Source: a virus
Taxonomy: Duplodnaviria > Caudoviricetes
Reading direction: 5' to 3' (one strand)
Virus record (IMG/VR): IMGVR_UViG_3300007523_000015
Span: 1 to 55,431 of that record
DNA length: 55,431 nt
The position numbers and the translations under genes were made by a program. The notes below the pieces were generated by a model. That model had not been told where the DNA came from, searched no databases, and worked only from the letters and a program-made list of their open reading frames with translations. How positions within the stretch are numbered: the first letter of the stretch is position 1; each line of letters begins with the position of its first letter. Shown here in pieces: positions 1 through 9,909 of the stretch.

Positions 1-497
1 AAGTCACCTGCTGCAAATGTAGCTACTGGCATTGTACCGTTAAATGCTGCAAATTCCATGTTAAATGTAACTGCACCAGCTGCAACGCTAACTAGAGCGC
101 CAACTGTATCCGTAGGTGCTGCACCAGCTGTTGTTACAACTGCTTGAGCATTAACTACTGGAAGTGCTGCTGCGATAAGACCGGCTGTATCAGAGAACCA
201 ACCTTCTGCATGGCCTAGCATAACGTCAACACTGAATGCTGATGCATCGTAACGGCTGATTGCTAATACTGTGGACTTTGTTTGCAATGTCTTAAGTGCT
301 TGAACCATTGCGCTTTCTACAACTGCGAAAGTTGCATCAGCTACAGTGCCATCACCAGCTGCCGTTGCTGTACCCAAAACACGAAGATCGGCTGTTAAAA
401 GAGCTGAGATGTCTGTATTGAAGGTTAACTTAACAAATGTTACTTGCTTCTCTACCCAAATGCCTGCATATGCGGCACCATTTACTTTTGTCGTCAT
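1..497 (-). CDS. Ala/Thr/Val-rich putative virion structural protein, runs off the window edge
   Basis: Hand translation MTTKVNGAAYAGIWVEKQVTFVKLTF...; AAGGAG SD upstream; GATAAATA at 545-552; absent from the ORF track because truncated. Confidence 0.6.
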   Translation of the reverse strand, partial: MTTKVNGAAYAGIWVEKQVTFVKLTFNTDISALLTADLRVLGTATAAGDGTVADATFAVVESAMVQALKTLQTKSTVLAISRYDASAFSVDVMLGHAEGWFSDTAGLIAAALPVVNAQAVVTTAGAAPTDTVGALVSVAAGAVTFNMEFAAFNGTMPVATFAAGD

Positions 498-543
498 TTT
501 GAAAACTCCTTAAATTTGTGATAGGTTAATCCTATTCATAAAC

Positions 544-1422
544 TTATTTATCATTTTCGGAAATATACTTGGCTATTTCGGGTGGATATATGAACATTTT
601 AGCATCATCTCGCATAGATAAGTCATATACAATCTGCTTCCATACCTTTTCTTGAGTATTCTTATCATAATTACGCTTAACAGCATTCATTAGTGTTTCG
701 ACACTGTCTAAATCAAACAATGTGTTACTTTCAGGAAATAATGTACCAATAACTGCGTGGAAATCAAATACAGGCGTAGTTAATTGCGTATCTTTCTGTT
801 TTTTATGAACTTTTCCCGAAGATTCGTTAAAAGTCGATACTCTTTCGACCTGAACAAACCCTTTTGGGCCAAATTTCCACCTAATCTGGGATACAGGGCG
901 CCCAAAAGTATCCAATTTATCTGAAACTTCGGTTGCCAATGCGGTACAAATTGCAGATATTAATATATTTCTGTGAAATCCTTTATACTCTGACTCGGCG
1001 CCGGCACTAAAATGGAATATCTTTTCCCATTTTACATCGCCAAATATAAAATCAACTTGAACAAACCCTGTTCGTGGTTTTCTCTCTTGTAGTTCTTCCT
1101 TGTAATTTACAATGGGATACTTAAGATGAATCATTGTTCCTGTTCGGCGAGTGTCATTTTCGTTATATATTAAATCCAAGTGCTTCTTGAATGCTACAGG
1201 ACCATGGCCCCACTCGTAGTCACCTAGAACTAAATCTAAGTCACCCGAATATTCTTTCTTACCAGTAGAACCTATAGCGAAATCATTCAAATCGATATGA
1301 AATCCTAGATCATCTGATAATTTATCTAACGTTGGCTTTACTTCCGATTTGTGAATGGTTCCGCAATCCGGTATAGCACCACCACCTTCATTTTCGGGTA
1401 TTGTTCTGTATTTTAGTTCCAT
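544..1422 (-). CDS. Pol-beta superfamily nucleotidyltransferase
   Basis: IGSTGKKEYSGDLDLV (GS...DxD) plus third Asp in VQVDF. Confidence 0.7.
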   Translation of the reverse strand: MELKYRTIPENEGGGAIPDCGTIHKSEVKPTLDKLSDDLGFHIDLNDFAIGSTGKKEYSGDLDLVLGDYEWGHGPVAFKKHLDLIYNENDTRRTGTMIHLKYPIVNYKEELQERKPRTGFVQVDFIFGDVKWEKIFHFSAGAESEYKGFHRNILISAICTALATEVSDKLDTFGRPVSQIRWKFGPKGFVQVERVSTFNESSGKVHKKQKDTQLTTPVFDFHAVIGTLFPESNTLFDLDSVETLMNAVKRNYDKNTQEKVWKQIVYDLSMRDDAKMFIYPPEIAKYISENDK

Positions 1423-1423
1423 T

Positions 1424-2797
1424 TTAGCTTTCTATTAAATATTTTCCTGCAACAGTCTCTAGCAAATCGGACGGAACAGTCGATTTCTCAATTTTGTATT
1501 TTGTGTCATTTATCCTAATAAATGTCTCTGCAAATGTCTCCAGAGTACGCCTTCTTATTTCGCCTGTATCGGTGTGATCTTTATATGATGCTAATAATCC
1601 AGATAACTCATAAGATGCTTCGTCTGCCAAATGAAATAGATATGATTTTATGGATTCAAATTCCATATATTCATTTATACTGCTAATAATATCTTTTATC
1701 GGTATATTTAATCTTTTCAAATATGGTCTAGCTTGTATAGTACCTAATTCTGGGTGGCCTAATGCAAATGCTAATCCTACGTCCAGTTTACCCATGATAC
1801 TTGCAGGATTCTGGGCACTCATCGATCTTTCATTTATACTGTTACGTGTTTTCCATGCACGCTGTCTCATTACCCCAAAGACATTTTTATCTACTAGTTT
1901 CAGCATATTTCCGGTGGTTTTATGCCTGAAGACAACACCTTCTATCCACCCACCTTCTTCGCATATTGGTCCAAATGCACTTGGACGATTATGGACAATG
2001 TATTGCAATAATATTTCTTTTATTACCAGTTTCATGTCCATAACTTGCTGCCGTAGTATTTCACGCTCGTTTGTTATGTCTAACTTTTCTGTTGACCAAT
2101 CTGAATGACTGATAAACTCGGGACACTTATTCATCTTCAACGAATATATGTCCAACCGTGATACACCATCATACATTGTCCCTGCATGTAGAAAATATTC
2201 TAACTTATCTAACAAATGCCTAACCTTTGTATAGATTTCGTTTGACAATGTTATTACCGGGGATCTTTTAAACTTCCAATCATGCATTTCTGTACGTATA
2301 GACATTGTAATACCGTCGTCAGTATACGGAACATCTAACACTGTGGATATGTACTTGTCTGCTAAAGAATTTTGCAACTTGTTTATGTCTACTAATCCAG
2401 CTGTTGACCTTAAAAAGATCAAGTAATTCGTGTCGGGTGAATAAGGTACCACGTTTGGTAATTCTCCAAATAAAACTTCACATTCTATTTGGTCACCTAC
2501 ACTTAGTCCAATCTCTTTTAACGTCGGAAGAATAGATTCTAATAACAGATGTACTGATCTTCTGTAAGTTGTAGAAAATTGGATGTCGTATTCTGTTGCA
2601 CTGTAATGTCTTTTGCCGCCTTTGGATTCTCTGGATGTATAAAATCCAAGTTCGTCCATGCCGAACAAGATCTGGCTTCCATCTAACTTTTCCGTTGTTT
2701 CGTAGCTAATGCCTAATTCTTTCACAGTTTGAATAAATTCCAAAGGTGGTAAATCTTCAATGTGGGTAATCCCACGTGATCTTTCAGTTAAAATCAT
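1424..2797 (-). CDS. ATP-dependent ligase/RNA-ligase-like nucleotidyltransferase
   Basis: Motif I TEKLDG, motif III CEVLF, motif IV EGVVF, motif V LKLVDK. Confidence 0.6.
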   Translation of the reverse strand: MILTERSRGITHIEDLPPLEFIQTVKELGISYETTEKLDGSQILFGMDELGFYTSRESKGGKRHYSATEYDIQFSTTYRRSVHLLLESILPTLKEIGLSVGDQIECEVLFGELPNVVPYSPDTNYLIFLRSTAGLVDINKLQNSLADKYISTVLDVPYTDDGITMSIRTEMHDWKFKRSPVITLSNEIYTKVRHLLDKLEYFLHAGTMYDGVSRLDIYSLKMNKCPEFISHSDWSTEKLDITNEREILRQQVMDMKLVIKEILLQYIVHNRPSAFGPICEEGGWIEGVVFRHKTTGNMLKLVDKNVFGVMRQRAWKTRNSINERSMSAQNPASIMGKLDVGLAFALGHPELGTIQARPYLKRLNIPIKDIISSINEYMEFESIKSYLFHLADEASYELSGLLASYKDHTDTGEIRRRTLETFAETFIRINDTKYKIEKSTVPSDLLETVAGKYLIES

Positions 2798-3774
2798 TTT
2801 TTAGTTCGGCCGAGCGATGTTTGTTGATAATTTCTAATCAATATACTTCTGTCAGAACGTTCCTCATTTACAATTGCAGTAAATATTTCTCGTATGTCTT
2901 CCACTACTGCTTTCCCGTAGGATTCAACAGATTCCTTAAATCCATATTCAGATGCCATAAATGCTTTTAGTTCTTCAGCAATACCATTGTCCTTTGCATA
3001 TTTTGCAATTTTTTGTATCACTGGACTTTGTGTCGGCTCTGCATATTCGTCACTACCGCGTTGTTTACCGAACACAGAAGAAAATACTTTGTTTATTTCC
3101 TTTTTATTAAATCCATGATTAGTAAGTATAGCATAAATATCGCGTGTGTCATCCGGATAACCCTCGTCCGCCCAAGATTTCTGTAAATCGCTTACATCTA
3201 TTTTATCTTTCCTCAATCCTTTAAATATTCTGCCAAGTCCAGACGGCTTATTCTTTAGATCGCCCGCTTTCTTAAAAACATCCTTTGCATCGGCCGAACT
3301 TAGCTGTGCTTCGTGTAAACTTTCTGTATCCGGATCATAATTCGGATCGCGGACTGCATTCTTACTAATGACATAGTATTCGTCACCGTCTGCTACAACA
3401 GACCAAGTAGCAATCAATGTTTTAATGAGTCTAGAATACAATTTTTTCCGGCTGGGTTCGTATGCTGAAAAGTTTATTACTCGAACTTGATAGCGTCTTA
3501 TAAAACTATCCATAATATCGATGACTGTCGACATAACTGCTACCGATGAGCCATCGCCTGTCACAGAATAGGCCTGGGATAAGTCTTTTGACGAATTGTT
3601 TCTGAATTCTACTACCCATATTGGGTCTTTATATCCTCGAAATAATTCCGAACGTACGGCAGTAAATTCATATTCTTTATCTCCAGCAGCGAATTCGGCT
3701 CTGTATTCTTCTCCGTTACGAAGGGTTTCTTTCCAGGGCAACGGTGCATTAAATAATTCATTAAGTTTATCCAT
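2794..3774 (-). CDS. Hypothetical protein, possibly head-packaged
   Basis: 326-aa ORF overlapping its neighbours; N-terminus MDKLNELF. Confidence 0.5.
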   Translation of the reverse strand: MDKLNELFNAPLPWKETLRNGEEYRAEFAAGDKEYEFTAVRSELFRGYKDPIWVVEFRNNSSKDLSQAYSVTGDGSSVAVMSTVIDIMDSFIRRYQVRVINFSAYEPSRKKLYSRLIKTLIATWSVVADGDEYYVISKNAVRDPNYDPDTESLHEAQLSSADAKDVFKKAGDLKNKPSGLGRIFKGLRKDKIDVSDLQKSWADEGYPDDTRDIYAILTNHGFNKKEINKVFSSVFGKQRGSDEYAEPTQSPVIQKIAKYAKDNGIAEELKAFMASEYGFKESVESYGKAVVEDIREIFTAIVNEERSDRSILIRNYQQTSLGRTKK

Positions 3775-4447
3775 TGGACAATAACCTCCAAAGTGCCATT
3801 CTCTGTTGCTCAGTCATTGTATCTCGAATCAACCTTTTAATTTTACGAATGTTTTCTTGCTTCTTTTCTGTGTCTTGTTCTGGTGGCACTTCTGTTTGCG
3901 GTGATGCCTGTCCAGGCTGCTGTGTTCGACCAGGTTTCTGTTTTTGTGAAGTTCCCTTTTCATTGGCAGATAGCATATCGAAAATTTTCTCGACATCATC
4001 CTCGTCTAAGTTATATCCCGGATCATCTTTAAATGCTTCGTCTACTTTGTCTCTGTAATCGACGTCGGTCGCATTATCCGTATTAATTTTTTTCTTTTTA
4101 GGTGCAGGTTTGGCAGGACCCGGTAACAGCCGCTGCTGTGGACCCGGTAACTGTGCCTGTTTCGATGGAGCCGGGGCAGGCAACTGTCCTTGCTTTGGTG
4201 CTGGTGGCGCGCCTAATGATTTTGGTGCTCCGGAGATTGCTTTACCTGTTAGTGCAGTGTGAATTGCATTACTGATTTCGTCGGGTGTATAGTCTGATGC
4301 ACCGTCCAGGAACGTAGCTACATCATCCGATGTTACTTTTCTGTTGTAGGTTAGATTGCCTGTGTCTGGATCAGAGTTTAATTTAACAATCTGGTTGTTC
4401 TTTAAATACTGTATCCATTTCTTAACAAGTGCTGGATTAGCTGCCAT
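3767..4447 (-). CDS. Hypothetical protein with Pro/Gln-rich linker
   Basis: 226-aa ORF in a coupled operon. Confidence 0.5.
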   Translation of the reverse strand: MAANPALVKKWIQYLKNNQIVKLNSDPDTGNLTYNRKVTSDDVATFLDGASDYTPDEISNAIHTALTGKAISGAPKSLGAPPAPKQGQLPAPAPSKQAQLPGPQQRLLPGPAKPAPKKKKINTDNATDVDYRDKVDEAFKDDPGYNLDEDDVEKIFDMLSANEKGTSQKQKPGRTQQPGQASPQTEVPPEQDTEKKQENIRKIKRLIRDTMTEQQRMALWRLLSNG

Positions 4448-4718
4448 CAGAATCGTCGTCCCCGTAGCCGCCAGTCTTTATTCGTTTGACCATGCGAGTG
4501 AAACGATTAGGGTCTGCACCTCGTATGCTAGACACAAACCGTTTCTTTAGTGCTTCTGCTTCTTCAGCAGAATAGGAATCGTCTATTGATTCTAACAGAT
4601 TAATAGCCGAGACTATAATATGCTGAGCACGAGCTTCTATTAGTTCTTCCTTGCTCTTTACCGGAACATAGGTACTAATTTCTTCTAAGATAGATCTGCT
4701 TCTTCGATTAATAGACAA
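4437..4718 (-). CDS. Hypothetical protein
   Basis: 93 aa, TTG start with GGAG SD, GATAAATA at 4743-4750. Confidence 0.5.
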   Translation of the reverse strand: MSINRRSRSILEEISTYVPVKSKEELIEARAQHIIVSAINLLESIDDSYSAEEAEALKKRFVSSIRGADPNRFTRMVKRIKTGGYGDDDSDGS

Positions 4719-4749
4719 TTTATAAGCTCCAGTTACTTTTGTTATTTAT

Positions 4750-5280
4750 CTATTTTTTCTTCAGAAAAGACCTTAACGAGGCAGCACCTTCTAACGGGTC
4801 TACTTTCATGCTCGGCTTAGTCATAGACATGATCTCACCGGATAATGGGTCTATCTTTTGAGCAGTTTTTACCACACTATTCTTCTTCAGTTGATCATAA
4901 ATGTTCTTAGTTGTTGCCATAGTTGCATTATCATCACCCTCTTCCAAGTCTGTGATTCTTAAACTCTTTGTATTGAACATTAAGTCTACTTTCGAACCAA
5001 CACCCGAACTAGAACGCGTCTTCATAAATTGAATTTGGTAACGACCACTTTCTTTCATTGCTGCACTTGTAAAAATACCGACAACGTTATCTGCTGTATT
5101 AACTTTAGAAATACCGCCTGCAATGTGACTTGGGTCGAATTCGATCTCTTCATATGACGAATTGTGTGTAAGAACATCATTAGCAAAGAATAAATGGTCA
5201 CCGGTGGTGGTGATATCTATTGTATCTATTTCACCTATATATTCTATTTCTACAATTTCGTCTTCAAATATTGCTTTCAT
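4750..5280 (-). CDS. 41: gp41/DnaB-like replicative helicase, C-terminal part, preceded by a split-intein C-fragment
   Basis: 40-aa IntC ending ...HLFFANDVLTHN, Ser+1, then helicase C-terminus (SHIAGGISKVNTAD, QFMKTRSSSG). Confidence 0.9.
   Translation of the reverse strand: MKAIFEDEIVEIEYIGEIDTIDITTTGDHLFFANDVLTHNSSYEEIEFDPSHIAGGISKVNTADNVVGIFTSAAMKESGRYQIQFMKTRSSSGVGSKVDLMFNTKSLRITDLEEGDDNATMATTKNIYDQLKKNSVVKTAQKIDPLSGEIMSMTKPSMKVDPLEGAASLRSFLKKK
5161..5280 (-). other. Split intein C-fragment (IntC, 40 aa) of gp41
   Basis: Block F/G IDITTTGDHLFFANDVLTHN|S, similar to the gp41-1 IntC. Confidence 0.9.
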
Positions 5281-6544
5281 TTAAGAACTCCACGCATTCT
5301 GTTATTGTTTGATGTTTATGTTTTACATAGTCCGCCGACCATACTATTTTAATCATGTATCCTAATTCCTGTAAAATACTTAGTCTGATGCGATCCTCTT
5401 CCCAGATCACAGATGAAGTAATCCCCCTTCTCCTCGGATTAGGTGTATCCCGGGGTGCATATATTGACGGGTTAGCATGATAGACATCTCCATAAAATTC
5501 TATTATCCGATTATTATATATCAGATCGGGCTTGATAAAGTGCCGTTTATATTTTCTTTTGGTCTCGTCATCTAGCACAATTGCTGTTTCATTCTCACCA
5601 TAACAAATGGCCCCATTAATAAATACCGAAATATAATCAAACATTTCTGTAGAAATTTTAGATCTAGATCTTGTAGATTTACACGAATTTGCTAAATTAT
5701 CTATTTTCTTTTTAAACAATTTCTTACCTTCTACCTCGCCGTATTTTCCTACAAATGCATCCTCTGTTCCCTTAAATGCTACTCGTGCCCCATTTATATA
5801 TGCTGTGGTTATATCGTTGGACATTTTTGTTATATATTTGAGATAGCTGGTAGTACCGTCGACTTCACCGTGCCTCGAAATAAACGATTCTATCGATGTG
5901 TTGTTCTTAACTTCCTTACACCGTTGACGACCTTCCACATCCCCCAATTCATCTATATATCGTTGACGAGATACCTTGTAACGTTGATTTTTTAGTTTAT
6001 TATAATATACCTCTGAGCCCTTCTCCTTACCATACTTGATAATAAAGAATTCTTCATTGTATTTGGCAAAATTGTATCCATCGATGTGCTTCTGTGCATA
6101 AGATGCTGCACGTTTTATTAAATATGCTTGCCATTTTTGTCTACCTAAAATTTCACCATATCTTTTTATATAATTGCTCTCGGACGCGCCTCGATTTGAT
6201 AATAATTCGTTTGTTCTCTCCACACCATATTTACTAATGTAGTCTGCTCGTGTACGGGCTGATTTAATACATTTTTCCTTAAATCGCCTATACCCTTCTT
6301 TTAATCCATACCTATAATAAAAGAATTTTTTTGATGATGAATCTTTTCCCAATAGAAGTATTTTCGATATACGCTTGCTGAGCGACGAAAACGATACATT
6401 ATATTCCTTTAAAGTCCGGATATACCCGACTACCCGGCTTGCCGACATTTTCCTAGGATTAAATAATTCCTCAGCAACAATTATCTGCTGTTTTTCAAAA
6501 TCAGTAAACCCAATAGGCAAGAGTTTTGATAAATATTTCGACAT
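5264..6544 (-). mobile_element. Free-standing homing endonuclease (Vsr/PD-(D/E)XK-like C-domain, KYG repeats) between the split-intein halves
   Basis: PDLIYNNRIIEFYGDVYHANP; repeated KYG/RYG helical units; ATG at 6544 with GAGGA SD (track uses TTG at 6571). Confidence 0.8.
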
Positions 6545-6576
6545 GTAATTACATCCTCTGTTTAGTTGCAATGCAC

Positions 6577-7872
6577 TTATTTATCTCTTACATACAAGAT
6601 TGACCCCATAGCGAGGCCAGATTCTATACTACATGCCTGGGCTGTAGTTGGGAATATATGAGAACCCGAACAAATAATCTCCTTTCCGGATTTTGTCTTT
6701 ATCTTAAACACTTTTTGTTTCGAATGCCATTTGTCTATAACTGTATTATATACGCCGTCTTTAGACAGGATCTTATCACCTATATTAACATCTTTCAATC
6801 GCACGGTGCCATTTGTTTCAGAAATAATGTTTGTGTTAGGGTGCAGGCAACGGTTCAACTGTGAAGCTGAAACTGTAACAGTCTGTAGTTCCACTGCCAG
6901 GTTACGTAATTCTTCTGTTACATATTTGTCCTTAACAAACAAGTTCTCTGCAGAAATCTTCTTACTCATTGGCATCATTAAATCTAAGTAGTCAACTAAG
7001 ATTGCATCTACTTTTCTTCCCGAATGAATTTCATATTCCTTAATGAATGCTCGTATATCGTTCGACGTACATCCATTGGGAAGTTGCTTAACCCGCAATG
7101 AACCGCCACTCTTTTGCTGCGATGCCCTGACCTTAATGTGAACGTCGTCGATGTTACGCATAACTTCTCGAGTTTCATATCCAGTATGCATTGCATCAAT
7201 ACGCATTGAACAAAGTTTTTCACTAAGTTCTAATGTTAAGTATACTACATTAAATCCAGCCTGGGCCCAATTAACTGCAAGGTTTTGCAAGAAAAGGGAT
7301 TTTCCTGCACCTGATTGTCCTGCAAAGATGGTTATTTCGCCTTTATTAAAGCCGCCATATAGTTTCTCATCGACTGTCTTCCACCCTGTAGAAACTTGTC
7401 CCTTGCCCTCTCTGATCGCCTCGAGACGCTCTTTGGGGTTAGCATAGTAATCTGTTCCCAAATCTTTAACCAGCGCGATCTGTACCGCCGCTTTGATAGA
7501 TGTTTCAACCTCGCCATATCTCCCCTCATCCAATAACTCAGGTGATGCCAATATTGCATCACGCAAAGATTTATATCTACAAAAAAGTTCTATTTCTTTT
7601 AAAAACCATCTATCCTCTTTTGCTGCTACCTCTGGAATAAGTTCAATATTTTTACCCGTAAGTGACCTGACCTGCTCAATAGCCGGCAATGTTGAATAAT
7701 CTTTAAAATGAGAAATAATAATACTAACAACGTCTTTATTTTGCTTATTGTCGAAAAAATTAGCATCTAATATACCGGAACACCTTACAAACAATTCATG
7801 ATTACTCATCATAAATTGTATAAACAACGTTTCTATATCAGAATTGTATTCTTTAATTTCACTTTCCATCAA
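6577..7872 (-). CDS. 41: gp41/DnaB-like replicative helicase, N-terminal part, fused to a split-intein N-fragment
   Basis: Walker [27 protein letters not shown] followed by intein block A CLHPNT. Confidence 0.9.
   Translation of the reverse strand: MMESEIKEYNSDIETLFIQFMMSNHELFVRCSGILDANFFDNKQNKDVVSIIISHFKDYSTLPAIEQVRSLTGKNIELIPEVAAKEDRWFLKEIELFCRYKSLRDAILASPELLDEGRYGEVETSIKAAVQIALVKDLGTDYYANPKERLEAIREGKGQVSTGWKTVDEKLYGGFNKGEITIFAGQSGAGKSLFLQNLAVNWAQAGFNVVYLTLELSEKLCSMRIDAMHTGYETREVMRNIDDVHIKVRASQQKSGGSLRVKQLPNGCTSNDIRAFIKEYEIHSGRKVDAILVDYLDLMMPMSKKISAENLFVKDKYVTEELRNLAVELQTVTVSASQLNRCLHPNTNIISETNGTVRLKDVNIGDKILSKDGVYNTVIDKWHSKQKVFKIKTKSGKEIICSGSHIFPTTAQACSIESGLAMGSILYVRDK
6580..6849 (-). other. 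Split intein N-fragment (IntN, 90 aa) of gp41
   Basis: Cys1 CLHPNT...VNIGDKILS...block [10 protein letters not shown]...LYVRDK-stop. Confidence 0.9.
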
Positions 7873-8737
7873 TCTTATCCTTATATTTCTTAATTACAGA
7901 TTCTGATATTTTCTTTTTAGATTCTAAGGAATGATTTTTCCCTGACATACCAGTAACTACCCTTTTTCCAGATTTCCATTCTTCCATTAATCTCTCAGAG
8001 ATTGCAAATTTTTCTTTTGCTGTTTTAGGTGGCAATTTATTTCCTGCATTGGCCTTTCCTATTTTTTCTTTTCTATCATCCGACATTGGTCCTCGCCCTA
8101 ATATCCATCCATTGCTTATATAAGAATTTAATTCATCGAGGCATACCTTTTTTATTATGTCATCTTTTATTATGTATTTCTTACCAGATGGTAACTTGCC
8201 TTTTACCCACCCATCTGATATAAATTTGTCTAGCAAAACCGGATCAATCTTTTTATATTCTATACCGTTGTTTACTGCTATTTTACCTTTTTGTGATTTA
8301 CTCATCCTATCTTTTGTTTCATCGGACCATTTACATCCTGCAGTAGTTGGAATTTTTGTTTTACTTTTTCTTTCTAGCCGTTCTTGTTCGGATAAACTTA
8401 TATAATAGTCCTTTGCAGATTGAGATAATTTTTTAGATGTTTCCTCTGTTGTTATTCTCCCAGCACCCCCTTCTCCGCCGCCAGTTCTGTTCAATAAAAT
8501 TCCGGTCCCGCGGTCTTTTCTTCCCCACCATTTAATATATCTGCGCTCTAATGCAAAAGCACCTACCTCCGATAAATTGTTTTCTAATATAATAATGTAT
8601 GATCTGTTTTTCGGAACAGGGATATTCTTATGGGTACTAAACGCACGGCTGCCGTGACCTTTTCCTATATAATATGGTGTCCCGATTTTTGCTGTAGCAG
8701 AATCTCTGCAACGAATATAGGCATAAATATAAAACAT
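7859..8737 (-). mobile_element. GIY-YIG-like homing endonuclease with NUMOD3-type repeats
   Basis: FYIYAY...PYYIGKG...[10 protein letters not shown], basic C-terminal repeats ([11 protein letters not shown]). Confidence 0.8.
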
Positions 8738-8769
8738 AACTATATTTATCGTATTCTATTAGAAACCTA

Positions 8770-9837
8770 TTAATATTTTCGAATTCTATTCCTTATATTT
8801 TGATCGAGTGCCCACGCAACATCAATCTTTGTTGATCCGGTTACAATTGACGAAATAATAGAATGAGTTGTTAATAATCTTCCGTATTTTTCCGCCGCGG
8901 CTGCTGCATCTTTGATATCCATTCCCCATTTAGGAAATGATACTGACCAATTATTGTCAATTGCTACTTTTACTAAGTCCCAGCCCTTCTTATCTCGGTC
9001 TGGGCAAACTATAATTTCTTTTTGTAGTCTATTTATGATGTCTACTTTGGACTGGCCCATTTCGCCTAAGTTGCTTATACCGTCAACTGTCCATGCATCG
9101 AGGACACCCTCATTAACAATGACATATTTACGCAACCATGCCTGCTGGTGGTCAAGATTATAGACAAAGTCTGTGGGAGATTGTTGGTAATATTTCGGTA
9201 TATCCTTGCCATCTGTGTCGTAGCATAGTCTAGACGTGAATCCTACTATTTTTTGCTTGTAATAATATGGAACTATAAAACGCTGATTTAGATTAAAATC
9301 TGTGCTGGGTGACCAATAGAACTCAGATAAATTGTGGATATTCCTATTTAATACATATTCTGCAACTTTCAGAAAATTTGGATCATCTAATCCGTGTTCC
9401 AACCATTCGGATATAGGTAACGAACCTTCTGGCAGATCCATTGGTTTCCATTTCTGGAACAAATCCCTGAATTTCTTTTCTGGATCTACTAACGTTGTTG
9501 TCTCACCTTCTCTTATACTTTGTATTTGATTCTTCTGCTTAAATATTTCAAACTTCAGTTGTTCAATTAATTTTTCAGCAATATTGATTTGCTTAAGAAA
9601 GAATTTAAAGTTATTGGATAGATCTTCGCCTTCTTTGAATGAAGCTGAGAACCCACAGTTAAAACAGTTTAACGCGATTGTTTGCGGATTAAATTGTATT
9701 CCAAATCTGTGACGTGTGTCTTTACCATGCCCCTGTGTATGACACAACGGACAATTTCTTTTATTCCATTCCTTAGGTGCTTTTTTCAGGGGACCTATGT
9801 TAGATAAAATTGCTTCTTTAATAATATCGGCTATCAT
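8770..9837 (-). CDS. 61: DNA primase (gp61-like)
   Basis: Zn-binding CPLC...CFNC; TOPRIM EGVLDA, PDRD, KDA; adjacent to the helicase. Confidence 0.85.
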   Translation of the reverse strand: MIADIIKEAILSNIGPLKKAPKEWNKRNCPLCHTQGHGKDTRHRFGIQFNPQTIALNCFNCGFSASFKEGEDLSNNFKFFLKQINIAEKLIEQLKFEIFKQKNQIQSIREGETTTLVDPEKKFRDLFQKWKPMDLPEGSLPISEWLEHGLDDPNFLKVAEYVLNRNIHNLSEFYWSPSTDFNLNQRFIVPYYYKQKIVGFTSRLCYDTDGKDIPKYYQQSPTDFVYNLDHQQAWLRKYVIVNEGVLDAWTVDGISNLGEMGQSKVDIINRLQKEIIVCPDRDKKGWDLVKVAIDNNWSVSFPKWGMDIKDAAAAAEKYGRLLTTHSIISSIVTGSTKIDVAWALDQNIRNRIRKY

Positions 9838-9843
9838 ATCGAC

Positions 9844-9872
9844 ATTATAGCAGAAATTCTACAGAAAATCAA
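9844..9872 (-). promoter_or_regulatory. sigma70-type promoter for primase
   Basis: TTGATT-17 nt-TATAAT with extended -10 TG. Confidence 0.6.
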
Positions 9873-9909
9873 GCCGATACATCTATGCCTAATTTTTCCT
9901 TAGCGTAAG

